Below, piece by piece: positions 1 to 11,111 of a DNA stretch of 64,000 nt (the stretch's first letter is position 1; each line of letters begins with the position of its first letter). The DNA is from Peribolospora baueri (taxonomy: Eukaryota). Both the position numbers and the translations under genes were made by a program. The stretch spans positions 186,001-250,000 of the forward strand of contig JAMDHS010000013.1 in the NCBI GenBank assembly GCA_029717555.1, given 5' to 3'. A model generated the notes under the pieces. It was not told the origin of the DNA, did no database searches, and saw nothing but the letters and a program-made list of their open reading frames with translations.

Positions 1-2012
1 CCACGAGAGATAGAAAGATGCAAAGTCGAAGCAGCCGATCATGCAAGCGCTCATGACGCTCCGGTTTTTGAAGTAATGGTACGGCAGTAGGGGTCGTGTG
101 GCGTGGACCTCCCAGAACCCGAATGAAAGCAGGGAAAGCGCGCCGCCTGCTATCATCAGGACGATGTGCGCTGCCGTGGTAGAGAAGACCAGGAAGGGGG
201 GGAGGAAGGCATGTGAGCATCTATTCGATGGTGGCGATGGCCGAAGACGTCTCGGATGACCAGAACGAATGCAAGGAGAGTTACTCACGCGACCGCCACT
301 TGTCCGGCGCTCCGCCCGCCAAAGTGAGCGCGAGCAGCAAAAGCAGCCATCCAATGGAGAGCAAAAAGAGGCCGACGAGATCGAGCTCGACGCCGAGTCG
401 GTGAACGACCTCTTTCGCACCCCTGCTCTCCAGGGGCGAGTGGGTTGGGACAAGGTTGGCTCGTCGTGCCCTTCGCTCGCCTATCGCTAAGGTCGCGATA
501 AGTGGGGCTGAGGCGATTGGGACAAGGATGCAGAACCTGCACAGTCCGAGGCGGGTCGTCACAACACGAGTCACCGCGGAATCAGCTTCAAGGATGGGGT
601 GGGTCAGGAGCTCGCTCGGTCACTCACATCCCGTACCCCCATCGCCAACCTTTTCCCTCCGTGACACTTCCGGCGACCTTGCTCGCGATGCCAAAGTTGA
701 TGATGTACGGCAAGTCCACGAGGCCGATGACGAGCCCTCTCCACTTGGCCGTGGTCGTGTCGGCGATGATGACCTGCTGCAAGACTTGCACACCCGTAGA
801 ACCGATGGCATACAGCACGATGCCTCCACTGAGCTGTTGCAGATTGGAGGAGACGGCGACGAGAAAATAGCCCAAGACGTAGAAGAAGACGGAGAGAAGG
901 TATGCTTCCGCACGGCCGAACACGTCTGACAGCTTTGCGATGGGAGGTTTGGCGACTGCGATGATCATCTGTACGAGCGGATGTTAGAGGGGCAAGAAGC
1001 AGAAAGAAGAGGACGGGTCAGATTCGGTGCGATCAGTTTCACGGAGCGTCAATCGGCGCACAGAAGCGACCTGACTCTCACGGTGCCGCTCTCCTCCCGA
1101 CAAGACGACTTGCTCACCTGTTGAACGATCTGAACAGCACTGAAGAGTGGAAGCTTGCCAAACTCGCTCGTCGCTTCGTTAAGGTAAAGGTACGCTGTCT
1201 GGCCGTCCAGAGAGGTCACGTAGGCTACAAGACCGACGCTGGAGAGAGGGAAGAGGACGAAGGAAGGATAGAGAAATGGAGACGGAGTTGAGAGCTGCTG
1301 GTCGACGACGCCCCAGCCGCATTTATGCGCCAAACTAATGAAATGTCCTCTTCTCCTTTCCTCTCCATTCCACCTCCGCCCCGGCGTACGCCGCCGTTCG
1401 ACCTCGAAACGAGACTCACCCGAGATAGAGCGCCCCCCACATCTTGGTCCTACTCCCCCACACGCTCTGTGCCGCCTCGACGGCCAGCACTCCCTCCTGC
1501 TCTTCCTCCGATCCAGCTTCAGGAGGCAGAGCCACGTCTCTGGCCCAGCCCCTAGGCGTCGTTAGCGGGGGAGGAGACACGCTCGGTCGACGGCGACGAT
1601 TGCGACGGCGGCCAACGCGAAGGGAGGGGCCCGGTGCAAACTTGTCCAAGTCTTCTTCATGCGCATCCACCTCATCGCCTTCCACACCGGCGGCGTCCGC
1701 TATCCCATCCTCCATGTTCACGCCCACGTCCGTATCTACGTCCCCGTCGCAGTCTACCACCTGATCGTAGGCGTACGCTCTCCAACGTCCCGAACCCCTC
1801 CATCGCTTCTCCTTCCTCCTCCTCCTCTCCGTCGCGTTCGACGGGGCGCGAGACGGGGACCTCGCGGGCGACGGCCATCCATCGTCGTCTCCCTCTTCCT
1901 CTCCTAAGAGATGCGTGGTAGAGGAGGAAGGCCCCATCTCCGGCTCCGTGCCAGACCGCGAGGGCGGAGGCGAGCTACCCGTGGCCCCGTAGTCGGGAAC
2001 GACGGGGGCCAT
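1..2012 (-). CDS. Siderophore-iron transporter (MFS, ARN/SIT family); spliced, 3' end runs off the window
   Basis: ATG at 2012 (MAPVVPDYGAT). Exons joined at GTGAGT/YAG give GVLAVEAAQSVW, AYVTSLDGQT, IIAVAKPPIAKLSDVFGR, QVIIADTT, WRWGYGM and many hydrophobic TM segments typical of ARN/Str transporters. Confidence 0.88.
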
Positions 2013-2556
2013 GGGCTGGTCGAGGCGCTCGTCGGCCCTGGCGTGGCCGAGAGGGCAGGCGCCAGTGGCGTGGAAGGAGGACAGGGGGATCAGATCTGGT
2101 CGGCGGGCGATCGTGAATCGCGATGTCAGGTTGGGTAGGGGGGAACGAGGGTCGAGTGAAGGGCGGAGGAGCGTGGCGTCGTCCAACCTCGTCTGCCCGA
2201 CGGCTGGTCCGATCATAGTAGGGTTATCGATGGAAGATAAGAGAGGATGGCGGACCGGGCCGGCGTGACGAACGCAAACGTAGGAGTCCACCGCAGCCAT
2301 TCACGCCGGGGTCGGAATAACGAATAAACTAACTCATTTCATTTCAATTAAACTCGGATTTCCCCTCTTGCGGGAAGGAGGCTAGTTGGGCTAGCCTATC
2401 ACCAGGCGTGATGAGGGGGAGAGCAGGCGCGCACGACAGACGAACAAATTTCGATATTCGGACAGGGGACAGCCAAGCGGCCACGAACGTTCGAGAGCGC
2501 CGTGGCCGAATGCTCGCCGCCTTCTTCCAACGAGCGGAACGGACCGAGGTCCCAAC

Positions 2557-4890
2557 TCAAGCGCTCGCGCTCGCGGCCGCACGAACCGACTCCGGCACGA
2601 TGCGCTGGACCGACTCGACAGCAGCGGCTGCCTGACTCTGGCTCTGGCTCGCGGTGACGGCGACGGGCACATCCTGCTCCGCGAGCAGCTCATCCGTCCA
2701 GAGAGGCTCGATGCCGCCGCGAACGCCGGCCTTGACCAAGTCACCGATCTTGTCTCCCTCGGGAGCGGCGAGGAGCTCGTCAGTGCGGCGGATGGCGAGG
2801 CGCGTCCAGACCTTGTCGAGCGACGCCACCAGCTCTTCGATCATAGCCGAGGAGTGGCCAGGCGTCGGAGTCACGCGAAGACGTTCTTCGCCGCGGGCGA
2901 CGGTGGGGCTGGAAGACACCAGAGCGGCCAGTCAGTAGCAGCTCGCTGGCAAACCAGGACACGAGGCAAGGGCGGTACAATCGTACTCACTAGTTGATGG
3001 GCTGCACGTAGCTAGAGTGCTCGTGAAGGAGCATGTCACTGGCTGCCTTGGCCAGCTCGGCGTCGCCGACGAGGATAGGGACGATGTGCGAGGGGCTGCG
3101 TGCGCGGGAAAGCGAACGGGACGGGTACGGTGAGTGAGACGAAAAAGCGACCTTCCCAGCCCTGGCGGATAACGACGGAAGTGCTCACTTCTGCGCATAA
3201 GGAATGGCGACGGCATCGAGGCAAGCCTTAAGCTCCTTCGTCCTTCTCTGCTGCATCCTCCTCGTCTCGTTGCTCTGCATCAGCACCTCGATGGCTCGGT
3301 TGGCGCCGCTGAGCACGGCGGGGGGTAGGGTGGTGCTGAAGATGAACTGCGGCGCGTAGCACCGGATGTGGTCGATGAAGCGCGCAGAGCCGGCGATGTA
3401 GCCGCCAACGACACCGTACGCTTTGCCGAGAGTACCGGTGATAATGTCCACTCGGTCCATCACCGAGCCCGGCTGGCGGGCCGGAGAGGCGGCGTTGGCG
3501 GTCCAATCGAGGTGTTCGGCCACACCGGCGCCGCGAGGGCCGTACATGCCCACGGCGTGCACCTCGTCCAGGAAGGTGATCGCACCGTACTTGTCGGCCA
3601 AGTCACAGATCTCCTTGATCGGGCCCACAGTACCACACATCGAGTAGACGCTCTCAAAAGCGATGATCTTGGGCGCGTCGAGGGGCAGGCTCTTGAGCTT
3701 CTCCTCGAGATCAGCCAGATCATTGTGCTTGAAGATCATTTTCTTGGCGGTGGAGTGCTTGATGCCTTGAATCATGCTCGCGTGGTTGCTCGCGTCAGAC
3801 AGGATGGTGCACCCGGGAAGCTTAGTGCCGAGCACGGAGAGCGTGGCATCGTTTGCGGCGTAGCACGAGCCGAAGACGAGCGCGCCCTCCTTGCGATGGA
3901 GGTCGGCGAGCGTGGCCTCGATCTGTTCCACGTGCTGATTGTGGCCGGCAATGTTGCGCGTGCCGCCGGCGCCGGCACCGTACATGGACAGCGTGTCCTT
4001 CATCGCCTGAAGCACCTCCGGGTGCCGCGACATGTTCTGATAGTCGTTCGCACACCAAACCGTCACCGTCTCGGCCTTGTTGGAGGTGTGCGCCGAAGGG
4101 AACTTTTGAGCGAGGCGGTTGATGTTATTAAAGTAACGGTAGGATTTGTCCGAGTGCTGCGTGTAGATCGACGGAATAAGACGAAGGAGAAGCGTGCATT
4201 CAGCCTCTTTCCATACCGCAGAGTCCTCGAAAGACAGATAAAAGATTGCATCAGATCGGAGAAACACCGACGGCCACTCACCTTCTTGGCCAGCTCAGAG
4301 TGGTAAAAGAGCTCGTAATCAAAGCCGATCTTGGAGCTGGGAGTGGGAGGCGCGGGGCCGGCAGAGGCGACGCCCGTCTTGGCCTGTTTGGCGGCGGCGC
4401 GAGCGGCACCGGACTTGTGGGCGTCGGCGGCAGCCTGCGCGGCTTGAGCTGCGGCTTGGGCGGCGCGGGCGTGCGGGCAGGCGGCGATGGACTGGCCGGG
4501 CTTGGGCTTGACGCCGGCCGACTCGTGCACGCGATCGATTTCAGACTTGCCGGCAACGCTGGCGTGACGGGGGCTCGTGGCGGAAGCGTAGTTGCGCCTG
4601 CCACCCATGTGGGCCGCGTGGCAGTGGGAGCTCGAGACACGAGCGGGCACGCTGGGGGCGAAGAGGGGCATGGGTGCGGCCGTGGTGGAGGCGGCGGAGA
4701 CGGCGCCGCCAGAGCGGAGGGCAAGGGCGGGGCCCATGACTGGGCACTCGGTGGCGCGGGCGGTGAGACGGGAGACGCCACCGGGGACGAGCGAGATGGT
4801 GCTCATCTTGCGCAGGGTGGGCATCGAGGTGCGGGAGAGGTAAGGGCAGAGGGCCTTGTACTGCCTGATCGAGCGCATAGAGCGATCCAT
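2557..4890 (-). CDS. HEM1: 5-aminolevulinate synthase, mitochondrial (4 exons)
   Basis: ATG 4890 with an Arg/Ser-rich presequence. Motifs [48 protein letters not shown] lysine TLGKAYG, PSHIVP and [13 protein letters not shown]. Intron 1 is 4157-4281, with further introns below 3189 and near 2990. Confidence 0.97.
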
Positions 4891-5156
4891 GACGAATGAA
4901 GTGGAGGTACGACACGATCTAGACACGAGAAGACGGCGGGGGTGCGAAACAAACGAGTAGACGAGTAGACGAGTCCCTCGCGCTTGTTTATGGGAGGAGC
5001 GAAGAGTGAGATGGAGGGGTAGAGACGAGGCGGACGGGTGGTGGTGGAGGTGAAAGAGCTCGAACGACCGGCGCCGGTCTTCTTCCAACCAACCCCAGCC
5101 GGTCGTCAAGGGGACAGAAGCGCATGTGCATGGAATTCCCACACCCGCCCGTCCAG

Positions 5157-5217
5157 CCAATCACAGCGCCCAAATTTCCATCGCTCCGGCCGTTCTGTCC
5201 GGCCGATCGCACGTGAC
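5157..5217. promoter_or_regulatory. CCAAT box (5157-5161) plus E-box CACGTGAC (5210-5217) upstream of HEM1
   Basis: Motifs read directly, about 270-330 bp upstream of the HEM1 ATG. Function is inferred. Confidence 0.45.
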
Positions 5218-6029
5218 CTCCGCTGAAGCGGTCGATCCCATGTCAACCGCCGGCCTTTCCCTTTTTCCTTGCGGAGATCCCGGCAAGGCAAGGAGAGAAA
5301 GGAGAGGGCGAAAGCGGGGAAGGAAGGGATGAAATGGACAACGGCGCTCGTTAATACATCATCTATTTTGACTAGGTTACAGCCGACAGCAGGGCGTCCA
5401 CGCAGTCCGTCTTCGAGGAGGTAGGCCTGCCTTCCCCAAGCTTGGGACTCCGTCAATCCTGTATCTCATGAGTCAAAGTGCGCGGTCATCGCTTTCACCC
5501 CAGCCACGCCGCATCGCCACTCAGCATGCACGGGGAGGGAGCCATGATGCACAAGCGGGAGGATGCGAGGAGGGAAGGGCCAGGCGAGCTGATGCCCACC
5601 CCGGCGCCCCCGCGCGGGGGAGGGGAATGGCGGTATCATGGAGAGAGCCATAGAGGGAGTGCAGATGAGCGAGAGGGGCTGGGGAGCGGCGGGTGGCTTG
5701 GTCAAGGCGCTGTACAGTAAGGAGGAAGGACTTGGGACTCTTTCGTGCTTCCCCGACGGAATAAAGGGAGTAATGACTGGATGGTCGGGCGGCCATGTAC
5801 ATATAGGAGAAAGGCTAGAAGATGGACAAGCGATATGAAATACCTATCAGCGGGGCTGATAAGGAAAAACACTTGCGTCATGACCACGCCAGCACTCACA
5901 TCATCTACCGTTCGTCCAAAAAGACACACCACCTTCGAGTTCCCACTCCTCCCCATCCCCTACGCCTCCAAGGAGATCAACTTGAAGCGAAGAGCCGACC
6001 CCTCGTGCCACGCCCCCCATGCCCCGTTC

Positions 6030-7210
6030 TCATGCTTGCGCTACCGCTTCTGGCTGCGCCTGCGCCTGCGCCCGCTCCTCCTCCTCCACCTTGTCTCGCG
6101 CAGCATCCTTGGCAGCCAGCTCTGCCTCACGGCGCTTCTTAGCAAACTCGCGCTTCATCCTATACGAAAGAAAGAGAAAGTAAAGAGGTAAGAAACGATT
6201 CGGTCTTATCGAGGACGGGAAAGCGCCAGAGAGGTCCAAAGATAGAAAAAAAAGACGGAAAACTTACTTGAAGTAGTCCTTATGCAGACCGCATTCCGTT
6301 TTCACAGGCGCGCCGCCCTCCGCGCCGGTTTTAACGGCCCACCTGCCGGACCGCTCGCCGGCGTCACCGTCGGACATCGGGAGCTTCGTGGAGTGCCAGT
6401 CGCCGACGGACTTGTAGCCGCGGTCCAGGAGGGCGTTGTACGGCACGTCGTGCTCCTTGACGTACGACTGCACCTCCGTGAACGACCAGTTGAGCAGTGG
6501 GTTCACCTTGACCAAGCCCGTCTCGTCCACCTCGACCGCCTGTAGTGACGCTCGGTCAGCGCCCTGAGAGCGCCGGCGGCCAGTCAAGACGGCGCGCACG
6601 CCGAGCTCGTCGTAAGCGCGTCGCGCCGGTTCTACCTTGACGAGGTAGTCGTAGCTGTCCTCGTCGCGCTCCCAGAGCCGCGTGCCGTACAGGTTCTCAA
6701 ACTGCGCCACGTTGTCCGCCCCCGGCGGGCAGTAGACGTGCATGGGCGCCGAGTAGCGCTCCGCTGCTCGTCGGGAGAGCTCGAGCGTCTCAGGAAAGTG
6801 GAAGAGCGTGTCAATGAAGATGAGCGGGATCAAGTGGTGGGGTGCCTGGGGACAAAGGTAAGAAAAAAGACAAATGGGAGCGACGTCCGTTCAGCACCGT
6901 ACGCGCCATCGTGAGCTCCGACTTTTACACGAGGTGCCCAAAAACTCACCCGTCCAGCTGCCTCAGCCCTCGCCTTGGAAATCTTGGCCACCATGTCGAG
7001 CGTCACGCAACCGGTCAAGCCGAATGCGGTGGTCTGGAAGAGCGCTGGGAGGTTATCGATGGACCACTCCAAGATCTCGTTCGGCGCGGCGTTGGCGAGC
7101 CTCTCGTTGATGTCCGCCAGCTGCGACTCGGAGAGCTGGATCGGTGGTGCGACAACCCGCGATGGGGCGGTCAGCGCGTCGGGACCTTGGGGGGTGAGAG
7201 CGTGGGTCAT
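6030..7210 (-). CDS. MET16: Phosphoadenosine phosphosulfate (PAPS) reductase (3 exons)
   Basis: QTTAFGLTG, FIDTLFHFPET, YDYLVKVEP (no CC pair, so the Fe-S-less PAPS type), TGRRRSQG, KVNPL, GYKSVGDWHST, ERSGRW and C-terminal ECGLH. Confidence 0.95.
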
Positions 7211-8198
7211 ATCGGCGCCGTGCAAACGGTTCTGGTTGGGGAAGGGATATGATCACAGTCTATGACCGGAGGGATGTTCCGCTGAGGAAATAGATCTAGA
7301 GGAAGGAAAGCGAAAAAGCACTTTTTTGAGCTCCAACGAAAGAAGGTCGTCTGATGGTGGCGTGGGGGGGTTCCGTGAACAGGAAAAACAGGTGCACGGG
7401 ATGGGGGGAAGGGGGGGAGGTGGGGTGAGATGATGAAGGGAGAAGAAAAGGTGTTGAGCGCTGTCAATCGAGCCGACGGAATGAATGACATCCGGCACGA
7501 CACCTCCGTCATTCCTCCTCTTCGCACGTCTTCTCTCGGTCACCACTATCGTTAAGCGGGGCTTTCCGTTGAGCCTGCAAAGGTGATCCACGCAAGTCCG
7601 TAATCTCGCGATTGCGTCTTTTCTTTCGCCTTCTCGACGGCCAAGCCCCTCCTTCGTGTCGGCCGATCAGCTCCCGCCCCTCAGCCAGGGTGACGAAGAA
7701 AAAAAGAGAAGGAAGCTGATGATCGCTTCGGCGATGCGATGGATGGCGTGCTCGCTTCGCTGATTCCACTGCCTCGGCCGAGAAGGAATGATCGGCGCAA
7801 GAGATGATGCGATCGATTCCCACGCCTCGTTCAGGCACCCGATCTCGCCGAGCCACCGAGGAGCCGAGGCTCTCGACGTAGTTAGGGTTAAGGGTCCCAG
7901 CCAAAGTTCGGTCAATCAAGTAGAAGGATGGATAACGAGAATGAATTCGTGTGCAAAGCTATAGCCGCGCCCCACCCGACAGCCATCCGTACATAACGTT
8001 GTAAATCTCACACGCATGCAAGGACGAGAAGCTTGTGGGCGAATCTATCTTCGGGAACGCCCGGGAGGAGCTTCTTCCCGGAAAATAAGAAAGGAAAGGG
8101 GAAACCTGGGGAACCGAGACGATATATCGCCGACGGGTCAAGCGGAACGCAGTCGCTCGCTCGCTCGCCCGTGCTCTCTACCCGCCTCCGCCTCTCGT

Positions 8199-10133
8199 TC
8201 ACCAAACCCTACCCTCAAGCAGCAGGTCGCTTTCCGGCTGCAAGCCGATGCACGCGCGGAAGAAGTTGGTCAGACCCGCGCGCTGGCGGTTGAGGCTGTT
8301 CACGACCTCTTGGCCCGGCTTGACGAGCGGCGCCTTGAGGAGGTAGGAAAGGAGAGAGAGGATGGGGTACAAGGGCTCGTACTCCCTCTCCTCCGCCTTA
8401 GGGACGCCTGGGGCAGGATCGGCGCGGCGATAAGAGACGCGGGTGAGCACTTCGGCGAGGATGGTGAGGTCGAGGATGAGGGGCGCAGCGAGGAGCGAGT
8501 CCTCGCAGTGGTTGAAGATGTTGAGCGTATTGTGGCCGCCCATGGCAATTGACGAGTAGTACTCGTCGATGGCGCGCTTACCGTCCCCAACGGCAGGGAC
8601 GTGCTTGATGACGACGATGTGGTCCGGGTGCTCGTCCTTGTTGTAAAGCAAGTGATTGGCCGCCGTCATGTCGTCGACGACGCTGGACTTGGAGATCTCC
8701 TTGCTGCGGAACTGCTTGTACGAGTCCAGATTCATGCCGTCATTGCTGCGTGACGTGCAAAGCGACGAAGCGCGATGAGCATTGTTGCTCCCTGTACGGC
8801 TAGCACCGACGAGCGGCAGCAGTCAAAGAAGAGAACACTCACTTGCCGAGGTGGTTGTACGAAGAGATGCTCTCGATCCTGATGACACAATCGCATGAGC
8901 AGTGCGGGCGACAGACGCATAAGCACACACGTAGGGCAAAAAAACCAGGTCGGTCGGAGGACGATGGTGCAGTCAGACTCACTTGATGCCAGCGTTTACG
9001 AGGAACTCAGCGAGGACAGATTTGACCTTGGTCTGACCCGTCTTGAGGTCGTCTCCACCGATAAAAGCGCGGTGGCGCTCGGCGAGCTCGATGACGCCGG
9101 GCACGAAAGTGTTCTGGGGAGCGCCGTTGATAAACGGCGTGTCGCCCTCGAGGATGCACGCGATGGCAAAGACAGTGGAGGGGCTGATCTCGTTGTGGGA
9201 CTGCTCAAGCGCGCGGAGCAGGTTGTCCGCCGTGTCGTTCACGCCCGGAATGACTTCCGAGTACCGCTCCGTGTTGGCGGTCCAGAAGACGACAACCTTG
9301 TCGAGGCCGTTGGCCGCCTTGAACTCGCGGATGTCCTTGCGAAGGTGCTCGACGTGCGCCTTCTTGTCCATGCCAGGGATCACGTTGTCCGCCCGCGGGC
9401 CCTGGTTGGCGGCGATGAAATCCGGGTAATAGATGGACGGAAGTGGCTTCATTCCCTTCAGTAGCGGAGCCACCTGGCGCTGGAGATCGTAGTCCATGAC
9501 CTGGGCTCGACCGAGAGCGGCGTCCATCTCGAGGCCGGAGATGTCCCACCCGCCGACGACGAGATCGTTGGGGTGCACCATGGGCATCACGTCCGACAGA
9601 GGGACGTAGACGTCCTTGCCGGTCGAAGCGTCGATGCCGAGTTTGATGGTCGAAGCGCGGACGAGCGAGCCGATGTAGTTGGGCGTGCACATGCCCTCCT
9701 TGGTGTGCCAGGTGATGTTGTGTCTATTGGCGAGGATGGTGGCAGCGATGGTGGTGCCGTTGTTGCCGCCGAGGCCAACCATCATGAGGCTGACACGCCA
9801 GAGAAGATGAGAACATGTCGTAAGCTCTCTCGCGGAGAGCTCATGAGACAAGGTGTATGCTCACCCGGTCTTGGGCACCGTCCTCTCCGTTTTGAACTGA
9901 AAGCCCTTGACGGTGGGCTTGACCTTGTACGTCTCGCCGTCCTGCACGACTTCGGCGCCATGGTACTTGTACGAGCTGAGGATGTGCTCGTCCGTGTACT
10001 CGACGTCAGGCGAGGCGACATGGATGACCGTGTTGCGACGAGCAGCCGTAGGGTCGACGGCGGGGGCGCTGGCTTGGAGGCCGTTCTGGGCGTTGGACCC
10101 GCCGTTGGCGAGAGTGGTAGCTGCGGGTGCCAT
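8199..10133 (-). CDS. INO1: Myo-inositol-3-phosphate synthase (4 coding exons)
   Basis: [54 protein letters not shown] (assembled across two introns), [12 protein letters not shown] and [10 protein letters not shown]. Confidence 0.97.
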
Positions 10134-10236
10134 TTGGCTGGAGTTTAGGGAGACTATCTAGAGCGAGAGAGAAAGAGAAAGAGAAAGAGATGCAAAGAAA
10201 AACCGACAGAGTGCGCGTTGGTTCTTTACTTCACTC

Positions 10237-10399
10237 CTATAGGTGCGTCAGCCGCAGTGCTGAGGATAGAGAGAAATGACAGCAAAGGGAAAAGAGACGG
10301 GATCAGCAGGGGCAGGAGGACCATATCAAAGTAGCAGACCGAAGAGGACTCGGGCGGGGATTCCGGCGGACACTCACCAGTGCGAGCCGACGTGAGCGT
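10237..10399 (-). other. Candidate spliced non-AUG uORF in the INO1 5' leader (ACG start, 14 aa, intron 10260-10377)
   Basis: CACA-ACG context at 10399, GTGAGT donor at 10377, pyrimidine tract plus CAG acceptor at 10260-10262, TAG at 10237-10239. It lies downstream of a TATAA at 10542-10546. Confidence 0.4.
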
Positions 10400-10611
10400 T
10401 GTGCGGGGAGCGCAAGAAGGTGGAGAACGTGGTGGGCAACTGGCTCTCTCTACGAGAGCGCGAGGGTAGGTACGCGAGGGGTGTGCTGTGGTGGTTGGAA
10501 AGAAGGAAGGCGACAGTGCTCGCTCCTCGCTGTTTCCTGCGTTATAAGTAGTTGGGCATGCGAAGGGCCGGAAGTGGTAACCGAGCGCCATACCTCCCCA
10601 GTTATAGCCAG

Positions 10612-10626
10612 CACGTGATCGCCAAT
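10612..10626. promoter_or_regulatory. CACGTGA E-box plus CCAAT in the divergent INO1/ANT1 promoter
   Basis: gCACGTGAtcgCCAAT read directly. Confidence 0.45.
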
Positions 10627-11111
10627 CGCCTTTGACACTAACCCTACTTCCTGCCATCCCCGCCGTTCGTGGTCACATTCCTACCGCGCCGGTGTGGGTT
10701 CAGAAAGCACTTTGGCTCTCTTGCAGCAGCTGCGATGTTGCTGCTGGCTGCTGGCTGCTTGCTGCTGGCTGCTGGCTCGACCAAGATAGATGGCTTGGTG
10801 CGGGTGAATCGTAGGAGTGCGTCAGAGCCGGCGGTGAGCCAAGCGCGGCAAGGATGGATGGCTTGGCCGGTGATCGCGGGGCCCACTCGGCGTCTCCGGG
10901 CGAACGAAAGCCGGACTGGACCAAAAGAGGAACCGGCCGGGCTTTCAGCACCCCCGCAACGACAGCCGCCGGCCGATACGACCACCGTCTTCCCGTCCTT
11001 CTGTCCTTCACACCCAGACCACCACCTCCTCTTCCCTCCCTCGCTCTCTTCTTCTCCTCTCGCTCTCTCCCGCTTCGCCGTTAGACCCCAGCACGCGGCT
11101 CCGTCGACAAC

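Noticed and set aside
3368..4306. 312-aa plus-strand ORF opposite HEM1, with similar antisense ORFs over INO1, DHODH and EEP
   Set aside because: Shadow ORFs caused by high GC3 codon bias of the real gene. No motifs.
7882..7894. TTAGGGTTAAGGG telomere-like motif
   Set aside because: Only two imperfect units, so it cannot be distinguished from chance.
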